This document shows positions 28,612 to 38,216 of a DNA stretch of 64,000 nt, one piece after another; position 1 is the first letter of the stretch, and each line of letters begins with the position of its first letter. The position numbers and the translations under genes were made by a program. The notes below the pieces were generated by a model. That model saw nothing but the letters and a program-made list of their open reading frames with translations. It ran no database searches and was not told where the DNA came from. The stretch comes from Geminicoccaceae bacterium (GTDB taxonomy: Bacteria > Pseudomonadota > Alphaproteobacteria > Geminicoccales > Geminicoccaceae). The stretch covers positions 13,557 through 77,556 of the forward strand of contig JBGAKU010000002.1 in assembly GCA_044224255.1 (NCBI GenBank), in the 5' to 3' direction.

Positions 28612-31428
28612 CTAGTCGGCCTCCTCGGGCTCGCGGGCGAGGCGTACCCCGCGCTCGTCGCGGACCAGCGTCGCGCCCTCGGGCAGCTGGCCGAGATCCT
28701 CGAGCGGCGGCAGCTCGTCCGGTGCTTCGGGCGCGGCCACGGCGCCGGCGGGAGCCGATGTCGGCGGGGCGGCGGACGGGTCCCGCCCGAAATAGATGAT
28801 CTGCTTCCAGCAGCGGGTCACGTTGTCGGCGAAGACCAGGACCAGGTCGTTGGGCTCGGCCGCCTCCAGGATCGCCTGCACCGCCTCCTGCTCGTCGGGG
28901 ATGATGGTGATCTGGTCCGGCCGCACGCCGTTGGCGAGCAGCCCGGCCTCCAGCAGCTTGGGCACCTCCTCGGGCTTGCGGCCGCGCGGATTGTCGTCGC
29001 GCTTGACGATGTAGCGGTCGAACTTCGTATCGGCCGCGATCTTCGCGACCTCGGCAATGTCCTCGTCGCGCCGGTCGCCCGGCATGGTCAGCGCCACCAG
29101 CCGGCGGCCGCGCACCGGCGTGCGCTCGACGAGTTGGCACATCGCCCGCACAGCGGCCGGGTTGTGGCCATAGTCGAGGATCACCTTGAACGGGTGCTCG
29201 TTGAACACGTTCATCCGGCCCGGCGCCTGGAAGAACGACGTATCGAAGGTGCGCAGGCCATGCCGGATGTCGTCGAGCTTCTTGCCCATGCTGTAGGCGA
29301 CCGCGGCGGCGAACATGGCGTTCTGCACGTTGTGCAGCGCCCTGCCCTCCATGGTCGCCGGGATCAGATGGGTCCACAAGAGCGGGATGTGACGGCCATT
29401 GTCGTAGAGCACGATCTGCTGGCCGTTGAGCCCGTCCTCGAGCACGACCGCCCGCGCCCCGGCGCGGATGTGCTCGCGCACCAAGGGGTGGCGCGGGTTC
29501 ATGGTGACGTAGCAGAGATGCGTGGCCGTGGTGTAGTCGGCCATCCGCAGGCACAGCTCGTCGTCGGCATTCAAGACCGCGGTGTCGGTCGCGACCTCGA
29601 CCACGATCCGCTTGACCTCGGCGAGCTGCTCCAGCGTGTCGACGCCACCCAGGCCCAGATGATCGCCCGAGACGTTGATGACCGCACCGACGTCGCAGGC
29701 GCGGTAGGCCATGCCGCGCCGGACGAGGCCACCGCGGGCGGTCTCGAGCACGGCCGCATCGACGGTCGGATCGTGCAGGATCATCTGCGCCGCGACCGGC
29801 CCGGTCATGTCGCCCTTCACCGTCAGGTCGCCGTCGATGTAGACGCCGTCGGTGCTGGCGAGGCCGACCCGGTGGCCGGCGAGCTTCATGATGTGCGCCA
29901 CCATCCGCGAGGTGGTGGTCTTGCCGTTGGTGCCGGTGATCGCGCAGATCGGGATCGTCGACTGGCTCCCGGGCGGGAATAGCATGTCGAGCACTGGGCC
30001 AGCGGGATCGCGCGGCGTGCCCTCGCTGGGCGCCACGTGCATGCGGAAGCCCGGGGCCGCGTTCACCTCGCAAATGCCGCCGCCGACGTCCTTGTAGGAC
30101 TGGGTGATGTCGGGGGTCAGGAAGTCGACGCCGCCCACGTCCAGGCCGATGGCACGGATGGCGCGGATGGCCATCTGCCGGTTGTCCGGATGGATCACGT
30201 CGGTGACGTCGATCGCCGTGCCGCCGGTCGACAGGTTGGCGGTGGCGCGCAGGAACACGATCTCGCCCTCGGGCGGCACCGTGGCCTCGGTATAGCCCTT
30301 CTTGGCCATCATCCGCTCGGCTTGCTCGTCGAGCTCGAGCCGCGTCAGCACCTTTTCATGACCCACACCGCGCCGCGGGTCCTGGTTCACGACGTCGACC
30401 AGCTCGGCGATCGTGTGGCGACCGTCCCCGACCACATGGCCCGGCATGCGCTTGGAGGCCGCGATCAGCTCGCCGTTGACGACCAGCAGCCGGTGGTCGA
30501 GGCCGTCGAGGAAGCTCTCGACCAGCACCGCCCGGCTGTGCTCGCGTGCGGTCGCGAAGGCGACGCGGACCTGGTCGTCCTCGGTCAGGCGGATGCTGAC
30601 GCCGCGGCCGTGGTTCGCATTCAGCGGCTTGACCACCACCGGGTAGCCGACCCGCCGGGCTGCCGACACGGCGTCCTCGGCGTCGTAGACCATGCGCTGA
30701 TGCGGCACGGGCAGGCCGAGATCGCCCAGGAGCTTGACGGTCTCCTCCTTGTCCGAGGCGAGCTCGACCGCGATGTGCGGGGTCGAGCTCGTGATCGTCG
30801 CCTGGACGCGCTCCTGGAAGCGGCCGTGCCCGAACTGGATCAGGCTCTGCGCGTTGAGCCGCAGCCAGGGGATGCCGCGCTTCTCCGCGGCTGCCACCAG
30901 CGAGGCGGTGCTCGGTCCCAGCGCCTTGCTCTGAGCGAAGCGGATGAACCGGTCACGGCGGCGCGCGAAGTCGAAATGCTCGGCGTCGAACTCGTCGGGC
31001 TGCAGCTCGCGCGGCAGGAGCGAATGGAGGAGCTGCAGCGCCAGCTGGCCGGCCTCGAGGCCGACATCGGACTGCTCGTACTCGTAGACCACGAAATAGT
31101 GGCCGTCCTCGCCCGTCCCCCGGGTCTTGCCGAAGGTGACCGGGGTGCCGGCGACGTTCTGCAGCTCGATCGCGACGTGCTCCAGGACATGGCCGAGCCA
31201 GGTGCCTTCGTCCTCGTCGAGGCGCCGGACGAAGCCGCCGGGCTCGCTGTACGAACAGCCATGCTGCCTGAGGCCGGGCAGCGTCTCCAGGAGTCGGTCG
31301 ACGAAGCCCTGGCCGAGACGCTTGGTGGGCCAGTCCTCGAGCTTGCCGAGATCCAGGGTCAGCCGGATGACCGGGAACAGGGCGTAAGTGTTGGGACCGA
31401 CATAGACCTGCGAGTTCAGGATCTTCAC
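28612..31428 (-). CDS. cphA: Cyanophycin synthetase CphA1
   Basis: GPN N-terminus, HGCS..GTWLGHVLEHVAIELQ, LGPST, ATP-grasp KPLNANHGRG / ANLSTGG / EVNAAPGFRMH, Mur domain ITGTNGKTTT / ETARGG / DYGHNP / GDRRDED. Confidence 0.97.
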   Translation of the reverse strand: MKILNSQVYVGPNTYALFPVIRLTLDLGKLEDWPTKRLGQGFVDRLLETLPGLRQHGCSYSEPGGFVRRLDEDEGTWLGHVLEHVAIELQNVAGTPVTFGKTRGTGEDGHYFVVYEYEQSDVGLEAGQLALQLLHSLLPRELQPDEFDAEHFDFARRRDRFIRFAQSKALGPSTASLVAAAEKRGIPWLRLNAQSLIQFGHGRFQERVQATITSSTPHIAVELASDKEETVKLLGDLGLPVPHQRMVYDAEDAVSAARRVGYPVVVKPLNANHGRGVSIRLTEDDQVRVAFATAREHSRAVLVESFLDGLDHRLLVVNGELIAASKRMPGHVVGDGRHTIAELVDVVNQDPRRGVGHEKVLTRLELDEQAERMMAKKGYTEATVPPEGEIVFLRATANLSTGGTAIDVTDVIHPDNRQMAIRAIRAIGLDVGGVDFLTPDITQSYKDVGGGICEVNAAPGFRMHVAPSEGTPRDPAGPVLDMLFPPGSQSTIPICAITGTNGKTTTSRMVAHIMKLAGHRVGLASTDGVYIDGDLTVKGDMTGPVAAQMILHDPTVDAAVLETARGGLVRRGMAYRACDVGAVINVSGDHLGLGGVDTLEQLAEVKRIVVEVATDTAVLNADDELCLRMADYTTATHLCYVTMNPRHPLVREHIRAGARAVVLEDGLNGQQIVLYDNGRHIPLLWTHLIPATMEGRALHNVQNAMFAAAVAYSMGKKLDDIRHGLRTFDTSFFQAPGRMNVFNEHPFKVILDYGHNPAAVRAMCQLVERTPVRGRRLVALTMPGDRRDEDIAEVAKIAADTKFDRYIVKRDDNPRGRKPEEVPKLLEAGLLANGVRPDQITIIPDEQEAVQAILEAAEPNDLVLVFADNVTRCWKQIIYFGRDPSAAPPTSAPAGAVAAPEAPDELPPLEDLGQLPEGATLVRDERGVRLAREPEEAD

Positions 31429-31786
31429 GGCGATCTCCCCGCTGCCCGGGCCGTCCGCGCCGGACCCGCCAAGGCTGCGGGCGGCGGTGACGGCCGGCGC
31501 ACGCTCCCGTGCCCCAGCGCGAGGAGCAAATCGCCCTTGCGGCCAATGTGCAACCGGAATCCCGCAGCCGGGTTATCATCCGCGATCTGAACCCCCGCGG
31601 CGATCCGTTCGGGCATAGGAACCCGCGGTTGATCTTCTGTCAGCTATTTTGTCAATTGCCATTCCGCGAGAACTGGTGACTGATCAGTGATAGCAAATAG
31701 GTGCGCCGCCGGGGCCTGGGCCGGCGCGCTTCGAACTCTGTGTGTGAGCTCATGCTCACTTCGGTCGCTGGCCGAAGCATTCGCCT

Positions 31787-32929
31787 ATGGGTCTGGTGGC
31801 CATGCGCATCTTCTCGTCGTTCCTATTCTCGGTGATGTTGATCTTCATCGCTCTATTTTGCTCTCTGCCGTCCGCCCTGGCGCGGCCGAATTTCGTTCTC
31901 GTGCTGACCGATGACATGGAGGTCGCGCCGGTCGGCTACATGTATTGGACCAAGACCCTGATCCGTGCCCAGGGCGTCGCTTTCCAGCGCGCCTACGTCG
32001 CCTCGCCGCTTTGCGCTCCCGCGCGGGCCACGATCCTCACCGGCCGCTATCCCCAGAATACCGGCGTCCGTCGCAACAGCCACAAGGCCTATTACGAGCA
32101 GGGCAATCCAGCGCGATCGCTGCCGGTCTGGCTGCACGACGCCGGCTATCGAACGGCGCTGATCGGCAAATACATGAACGGATATCCTGCACCCGACGCG
32201 ATTCCTTATATTCCACCTGGCTGGGATATGTGGTCCGTGCGCTATCGCGCTAAGCCTTATGACGGACAATATAATTACTGGCTAAATGAAAACGGCAAGT
32301 CCGTTTACTACGGCAACAGGCCTGAGCATTATTCAACGGACGTCTACCGCAAGAAGGCCGTGGCGTTCATCAAGGAGACGGTGACCCACGACGCACCGTT
32401 CTTTCTGCAGCTCGCGGTGCACGCGCCACATACGCCCTTCGTCCCGGCCGCGCGACACGCGTCGCAGTTCCCGACAGTCAGGGCGCCGCGTTCAGGACCA
32501 GGCATCGCCGCGGGCCTCAAACTCGATCATCTGGTGGCCAACGTCGACATCGCGCCGACGATCCTCGAGCTGGCCGGCGTGCCGATCCCGGCCGAGATCG
32601 ATGGGCGGTCGTTCGCGCCACTGCTGGGCACAGGGCGGCCCTCGCCCGACATGTGGCGCCAGGTCCTGGCGATGAGCTTCCAGGAAGGGGACGATGCCTT
32701 TCACGTCCCGACATGGCAGGGGATTCGCACGCAGCGCTACACCTATGTCGAGTATCCCGGGACGGGCGAGCGGGAACTCTATGACGACCTGCTCGATCCC
32801 CACCAGCTCGCAAACATCGCCGCGACCGCCGACCAGACCTTGATGGCGCGCCTCTCCGAACGCAGCCGGCTGCTGGCCGCCTGCGCGCAGGTGGCCTGTC
32901 GGGAAGCGGAGGATCTGGCGCTGCCTTGA
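31787..32929 (+). pseudogene. Secreted sulfatase (GNS-like) with in-frame internal deletion; probably inactive
   Basis: Signal peptide, PNFVLVLTDD, CAPARATILTG, IGKYMNGY, HAPH, then a direct jump RAPRS|GPG...NVDIAPTILELAG; no SDNG motif. Confidence 0.7.
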
Positions 32930-32948
32930 ACTGTGACGATCGGAGGCA

Positions 32949-34388
32949 ATGGCGATGCAGTGGACCGGAAGACGGCGCGCGGCCCTGGAGCTGGGATTGG
33001 GTGGCATCGCTGCGGCGGGCCTCGTGCCGGCAGGCCCGGGAAGGGGCCTGGCTCAGGCGGCTGTGCCGGTTGTCGATCCGGTGCCGCGCATCGTCGCGAG
33101 CGGCAAGCAGGTGGAGCTGTTGGACTTCGCCATTCCGCCCTCGACCCGCGCCTCGGCGCCGAGGGCCCTGTTGAACTTTCTGCATCACGCCGGCGACGGC
33201 ACTGCCCGGGTGTTCGCCAACGATAGCCGTGGCAAGATCTGGGAGCTCGATCGCACGACCGGCGCCACGCGGCTGTTTCTCGATCTGGCACGATGGCGGG
33301 GCAGCGCTCTTGTGCTTGGGCTGCAGTTGGGCCTGCGCAGCTTCGCCTTTCATCCGAATTTCGCGCGACCTGGCTGGAACGGCTATCGCCGCCTCTACAC
33401 CTTGAGCGTTGAGACGGTGGCCAGTCGACCGGCCGGGGTCCGGGTGTTCGAGGGCTCGTTTCCGACCAAACATGACAACGTGCTCGCCGAGTGGATGGTG
33501 GACGCCCCCAGCCCGGGCGTCGTGCTGCGCGGCTCCCGGCGCGAGGTGCTGCGGATCGCGCAGTTCGGCAACGAGCACGGCACCGATCAGATCATGTTCC
33601 GGCCTGGTGAGCGGGGTCTGCTCTACGTCGGTTCCGGGGACAGCAAGAATTCGCCGAACAATAGCGACCCGTACAACGTGGCGCAGGACCCTTCGAGCGC
33701 GCTTGGAAAGATCCTGCGAATCAACCCTTTGCGCCAGAAGGACGGGCGAAGCTATGCCGTGCCAGCCGGCAATCCGTTCGTCGGCCGCAGCGGCTATCTG
33801 CCAGAGATCTGGGCACTTGGTCTACGGCACCCGCAGAACTACTGCTTCGATGCCCCGACGGGGAAGATGATCCTCATCGACATCGGCCAGGCGCAAATCG
33901 AGGAGGTCAATCTCGGCGTGCGTGGTGCCAACTATGGCTGGCCGCACCGGGAAGGCACCTTCGCCGCTGACCGAACCAACGAGACCATTCTTTATCCATT
34001 GCCGGTCGACGATTCGCGCTTCGGCTACACCTACCCGGTAGCGCAGTACGATCACGACGAGGGCAACAGCGCCCGCAAGGCCGCGATCACGGGCGGCTTC
34101 GTCTATCGCGGGTCGACGATCCCCGAGCTGGTGGGTGAGTATCTGCTGGGCGACATCATCACTGGTCGGATCTTTCACGTTCCGTTGGCCGATCTGCAGC
34201 TCGGTCGCCAAACCCCGCTCAAGGAGCTGACCCTTTGCCGGGGCGGGGTGCCGGTGACGCTGATGACCCTGGCCGGTGTCGGCGATCGCGTCGACCTGCG
34301 CTTCGGCCAGGACGAGCTGGGCGAGATCTACGTGCTGAGCAAGCAGGACGGAACGATCCGCAAGCTGGGGCGCGTTGCCGCCCCCTGA
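32949..34388 (+). CDS. Tat-exported PQQ-dependent sugar dehydrogenase (GSDH/YliI/HHIP-like beta-propeller)
   Basis: GRRRAALELG signal; SFAFHPNF, LYVGSGD, GKILRINP, EIWALGLRHP, EEVN..GANYGWP, ITGGFVYRG, FGQDELGEIYV. Confidence 0.85.
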   Translation: MAMQWTGRRRAALELGLGGIAAAGLVPAGPGRGLAQAAVPVVDPVPRIVASGKQVELLDFAIPPSTRASAPRALLNFLHHAGDGTARVFANDSRGKIWELDRTTGATRLFLDLARWRGSALVLGLQLGLRSFAFHPNFARPGWNGYRRLYTLSVETVASRPAGVRVFEGSFPTKHDNVLAEWMVDAPSPGVVLRGSRREVLRIAQFGNEHGTDQIMFRPGERGLLYVGSGDSKNSPNNSDPYNVAQDPSSALGKILRINPLRQKDGRSYAVPAGNPFVGRSGYLPEIWALGLRHPQNYCFDAPTGKMILIDIGQAQIEEVNLGVRGANYGWPHREGTFAADRTNETILYPLPVDDSRFGYTYPVAQYDHDEGNSARKAAITGGFVYRGSTIPELVGEYLLGDIITGRIFHVPLADLQLGRQTPLKELTLCRGGVPVTLMTLAGVGDRVDLRFGQDELGEIYVLSKQDGTIRKLGRVAAP

Positions 34389-34452
34389 CCCCTCTGGCCG
34401 AGTCCTTCCGGTCCGGCTAGCCTTGTGTGGGACGACGAGGGAGAGAGCGAAG

Positions 34453-34911
34453 GTGAAGGTCGAGCAGCGCCTGGCCGAGCTGGGCATCACGCTGCCGCGG
34501 GCGCAGTCGCCCGTGGCGAACTATGTCGGTGCGGTCCAGACCGGGAACCTGTTGTTCCTCTCCGGGCGCGGGCCCATCGGGCCGGATGGCGAGGTCGCGA
34601 CGGGCCTCGTCGGCAGCGACGTCACCGTCGAGGAGGCCTACGGCCATGCCCGGCTGGTCGGGCTGCAGCTGATCGCGACCATGAAGGACGCGCTGGGCGA
34701 CCTCGACCGGGTGGCGCGCATCGTCAAGCTGCTGGGGATGGTCAACGGCGCGCCCGGCTTCGGCCAGCAACCCGCCGTGATCAATGGCTGCTCGGACCTG
34801 TTCGTCGAGGTGTTCGGCGACAGGGGTCGCCACGCCCGCTCTGCCGTCGGCATGGGCAGCCTGCCGAACAACATGACCGTCGAGATCGAGGCGATCGTCG
34901 AGGTTAGCTGA
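34453..34911 (+). CDS. RidA/YjgF family protein (Rid1-like)
   Basis: LAELGITLP..PVANYV, LFLSG, VINGCSDLFVEVFG..GRHARSAVG..LP..VEIE. Confidence 0.92.
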   Translation: MKVEQRLAELGITLPRAQSPVANYVGAVQTGNLLFLSGRGPIGPDGEVATGLVGSDVTVEEAYGHARLVGLQLIATMKDALGDLDRVARIVKLLGMVNGAPGFGQQPAVINGCSDLFVEVFGDRGRHARSAVGMGSLPNNMTVEIEAIVEVS

Positions 34912-35152
34912 GCCGGCTCCGATCTGCCTCTCCGGTGATTTGGCCGACCTGATTGGAGGATGAGGATATGTACATGTGCGATGAAGTGCGTGGCACCATC
35001 AGGCCTGACCGCATCCGTGCGGGCCTTCCCATTCTCTGTTCCCGCCGCCTGCCGGCTACTGGCGCCCTTCCCCGTGCCATAGCGGCGCGTCACCTGTAGA
35101 CGAACCACGCCGGCTCTCGCACGGATACAGCGGCTCCTCACCGCCGTCTGGC

Positions 35153-36112
35153 TCAGCCCTTATATTTGGCGATGAGCTTCTTGTAGGCGGGCGTATTGAC
35201 GGTGCCCTTGCCCTCGCTTACCGCGTAGTTGGCCGCCACCCGGCGCTTCATCATCTGGATGCGCAGCTGGTTGGTCGGATGGTCGCCGTGCAGGAAATTT
35301 ACCAGGGCCGGCTGGTCGCCATAGCGCTCGTAAAAGATCTCGAAGACTTTGGGCGCCTCGTCCGGATCGTAGCCGGCCGCGACCATGTAGCCGACGCCGA
35401 TATCATCCGCGTCCTCCTCCTGCTGGCGACCGTAGCCGCTGATGCCGGCCTGGAGCGCGATCCTTCCGGCGAGCGCGAACCATTGCCGGTCCTCGGGTCC
35501 TCCCGTCGCACTGGACATGAGCACCGTCTCGCCGGTGCCGCCGACGAGCGCGATCATCGTCTCGTCGCGCAACGCACTGGCAACATGGCCTTCAGTGATG
35601 TGCCCGATCTCGTGACCGAGCACCATCGCCATCTGGGCCTCGTTGTCCAGGGCATGAAGCAAGCCGGTGGTCACGTAGATCTGGCCTGCGCCGACGGTGA
35701 AGGCGTTAAGCTGGTCGTCCCGGATGACCGCCACCTCGTAGTCCCAGTGCTCGGTGCCCTTTCCTTGCGCAAGCTTGCGCGCCATCTGCGTGAGGTGGGT
35801 CTCGAGCTTTCGGTCGTTGACGCGCCGGTACTTCTTCTCGACCTGCTTGGCCCCGGCCGCCGCCAGCTCGATCTGCTTCTCCGGCGAGGTATCCAGTTTC
35901 TCGACCAGTTCGGCGAGCTTGGGCGAGAACTGCTTGACGATCGGGGTCACGTTTTTACTGACCGTGGATAGGACAGTCTCGAACGCGTTCTGGCCATCGC
36001 CGGTGCCGGACGACACACATGCCGTGAGCGGCAATACGAACAGGAGAGAAGCGGTGCACGCGATCAACCAATATGAGAAATGTTGCGACTTCGCTTGAAG
36101 AAACTTCGCCAT
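35153..36112 (-). CDS. M48 family zinc metallopeptidase, probable lipoprotein
   Basis: Lipobox-like LTAC; NAFTVGAGQIYVTTGLL, LGHEIGH, YGRQQEEDAD, AGYDP, DHP; no TPR extension. Confidence 0.9.
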   Translation of the reverse strand: MAKFLQAKSQHFSYWLIACTASLLFVLPLTACVSSGTGDGQNAFETVLSTVSKNVTPIVKQFSPKLAELVEKLDTSPEKQIELAAAGAKQVEKKYRRVNDRKLETHLTQMARKLAQGKGTEHWDYEVAVIRDDQLNAFTVGAGQIYVTTGLLHALDNEAQMAMVLGHEIGHITEGHVASALRDETMIALVGGTGETVLMSSATGGPEDRQWFALAGRIALQAGISGYGRQQEEDADDIGVGYMVAAGYDPDEAPKVFEIFYERYGDQPALVNFLHGDHPTNQLRIQMMKRRVAANYAVSEGKGTVNTPAYKKLIAKYKG

Positions 36113-36247
36113 CAGCCTGTCCTTAAAGCGTGTGAATAATTAATTGCATGCTGTTTATCATGGCTGCTAACGTTTGGCAATGTTCGGGAGCTATTGCGGG
36201 GTTGTAGGGGTATTCATGTGTTGGTTCCGCCTTGCCAGGATTCAGGG

Positions 36248-37852
36248 ATGACACTTCGGCAGGAGGAGTTTCTCGCGCGGACAGGGCTGCTGGTTAAGGC
36301 AAGCGTTTGCGTTGCGCTGGCCTACCTGATGATCTTCCAGGACGACTTCCTGGGCCTCGGAGGAACAATCAGCCACCAGTCGGCCCGCCTTGTCGAACTC
36401 GGGGCCGGCATCCTGAACTCCCATTTGTATCCGGGTGAGGCCCAAAAGCACCTCGTGGTGGTCACTATCGACGAGAACAGCCTCGCCTCGACCCGCGAGA
36501 CAAATCCACCCTCGCACCATTTTCACGTGCGTGTGCTGAGGCGGATCCTTGCCCAGCAGCCCAGGGCAGTGTTCGTCGACATTCTGCTTGACACTTGCCG
36601 CGACGGTACGTCCGAGCTCTTGCAAACGCTGAACCTCGCCAGATCCAAAGGAATACCTGTCTATGTCGCCGCCGGTCGGCCGGAGCGTGCTCCGGCAAGC
36701 GCGGATCGGGCGATCAATGTCTGCGGCGAGAAGGTCGATCTTGCCAGGGCATGGAGCGCCCGCGCAGCCCTCGGCGTGCTGCCCGAGATCGCGGTGCGCG
36801 CAATTCCGGTCGATGTCATGCACGCCGTAGGTGACGCGGAGTCGGACGAGTACTGCCTAGTGCCGGGGATGGATCGCGAGCACTTGTGCCTCCCGGCCGA
36901 GCAACTGGCGACATTGCCCGCCCAGCCGAATAACGTCCGTCTGTCAGCCGCCTATCAGATCTACCGCGACCTCTGCGGCGCAGTTCGTTGGCGGCATTGC
37001 GGCAAATCCGAGGATGCGCCGCTTGTCCGATGGCCGCCCCGGGCAGAGAAGCTCGACGTAATGTGGGGCTATCGCGCTGCGGATTCCTTTCCCGGCTCCG
37101 CGATCGGGACGCCTGGTTGTAGGGAGCAGATCGGGCTGGGCGAAACCGTCCGGCGGCTCATTAGGAGGGGCCTCGACTCGCTCCGGTTGCCATGCCCATA
37201 CACGCCGAGTGTCTCCGCGATGTCCCTGCTCGTTGGCAGCGGCAAGCTTGAGCTTGGGGAGCGTCTGCTGGCGGGCGCCCCTCAACCGCACGCTCCAAAC
37301 GATCGCCGTCCGGCAGGCGTGCCACTAAGTCTGTCGGGCAGGGTCGTCCTCTACGGTTTCGACCTTGCCGGGTCGTCCGACGTGATCAGGCCGCCAACCC
37401 ATCTGATGCTGCCAGGTGTGTTTCTCCACGCTATGGCTCTCGACAATTTACTAACCTGGGGCGAGCACTATAAGGCGCCTGCTATTTGGCTCGCTGGCCA
37501 TCGCATTGCTGGAGACTATGTCACCTTTGCTACATTCATAGCAGTGTTCTTGCTTTGTTTCTTGGTCCGTTATGTAATTATGGATCAATCGACAGTTCTT
37601 GGTATAATTTTGGGAGCTATGGCTAACTGGTATAATTTGCCGATTTTGTGCCTATTATTGGGAGCTTTCTATTCTATCTACTTAGATCTTGCTACCTATA
37701 ATTGGCTTGCTATTGTCGGATTCGCGTCTGCGGTGCCTGCGGCGCTCGATTCGCTGGCGGCCCGCGGTGAGGCTCTGTCCAAGACCGCGGTGGCAGTCGT
37801 GCCTTGGCTACGTCAGTTGCCGAAGCGGCTGTCGGCAATAGTCGTGCGGTGA
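36248..37852 (+). CDS. CHASE2-domain membrane protein with no cytoplasmic output domain
   Basis: N-terminal TM; VVVTIDENSL..ILAQQPRAVFVDILL and GRVVLYG..DVIRPP..LPGVFLHAMALDNLL (CHASE2 ends); 3-4 TM helices then only a short tail. Confidence 0.82.
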   Translation: MTLRQEEFLARTGLLVKASVCVALAYLMIFQDDFLGLGGTISHQSARLVELGAGILNSHLYPGEAQKHLVVVTIDENSLASTRETNPPSHHFHVRVLRRILAQQPRAVFVDILLDTCRDGTSELLQTLNLARSKGIPVYVAAGRPERAPASADRAINVCGEKVDLARAWSARAALGVLPEIAVRAIPVDVMHAVGDAESDEYCLVPGMDREHLCLPAEQLATLPAQPNNVRLSAAYQIYRDLCGAVRWRHCGKSEDAPLVRWPPRAEKLDVMWGYRAADSFPGSAIGTPGCREQIGLGETVRRLIRRGLDSLRLPCPYTPSVSAMSLLVGSGKLELGERLLAGAPQPHAPNDRRPAGVPLSLSGRVVLYGFDLAGSSDVIRPPTHLMLPGVFLHAMALDNLLTWGEHYKAPAIWLAGHRIAGDYVTFATFIAVFLLCFLVRYVIMDQSTVLGIILGAMANWYNLPILCLLLGAFYSIYLDLATYNWLAIVGFASAVPAALDSLAARGEALSKTAVAVVPWLRQLPKRLSAIVVR

Positions 37853-37877
37853 CCACGTTCTCAGCTAGGAGAGCATC

Positions 37878-38216
37878 ATGCGATTTGCCATGGTAGTGGC
37901 GGTGCTGTCGGGGCTCGCAATGGCGATGGTGGGCGGAGCTCGCGCCGGGTCTTACGTTACGGGTGTGCTGGTCGAAAAGCTCAACATCTACCTTGAGGAG
38001 AACGGCACCAAGCCCGTCTATATTGTCGACGCGGATAAGGTGGCCGAGCCGATTACGGTGAACAGCGAAGATGGCGATTGGGTCGAGATCGTCGTGGACG
38101 GCGAGTACTACTGGGTTCGGCGGTCGGATGTACAGCTCAGCCGAGAGCAGGTCGCTGGCGCGCCGATGAAGGCGGCCGCTGGCCAGGGTGCACGGTTAGG
38201 TTTCGGCGGCAACTGA
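37878..38216 (+). CDS. Small secreted SH3-like protein
   Basis: AGGAG RBS; signal peptide ending ARA; EDGDWVEIVVDGEYYWVRRSDV SH3b-like hairpin; Gly-rich tail. Confidence 0.7.
   Translation: MRFAMVVAVLSGLAMAMVGGARAGSYVTGVLVEKLNIYLEENGTKPVYIVDADKVAEPITVNSEDGDWVEIVVDGEYYWVRRSDVQLSREQVAGAPMKAAAGQGARLGFGGN

Noticed and set aside
31629-31643. TTGATcttcTGTCA as an FNR box upstream of cphA
   Set aside because: Right half-site does not match ATCAA.
34968-35099. 43-aa ORF (MYMCDEVRG...) with strong RBS at the edge of the CHASE2 module
   Set aside because: No recognisable features or coding bias; cannot be supported without conservation data.
34912-38216. Target-site duplication or att sites bounding the lower-GC module
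   Set aside because: No convincing direct repeats, tRNA or integrase found by eye.
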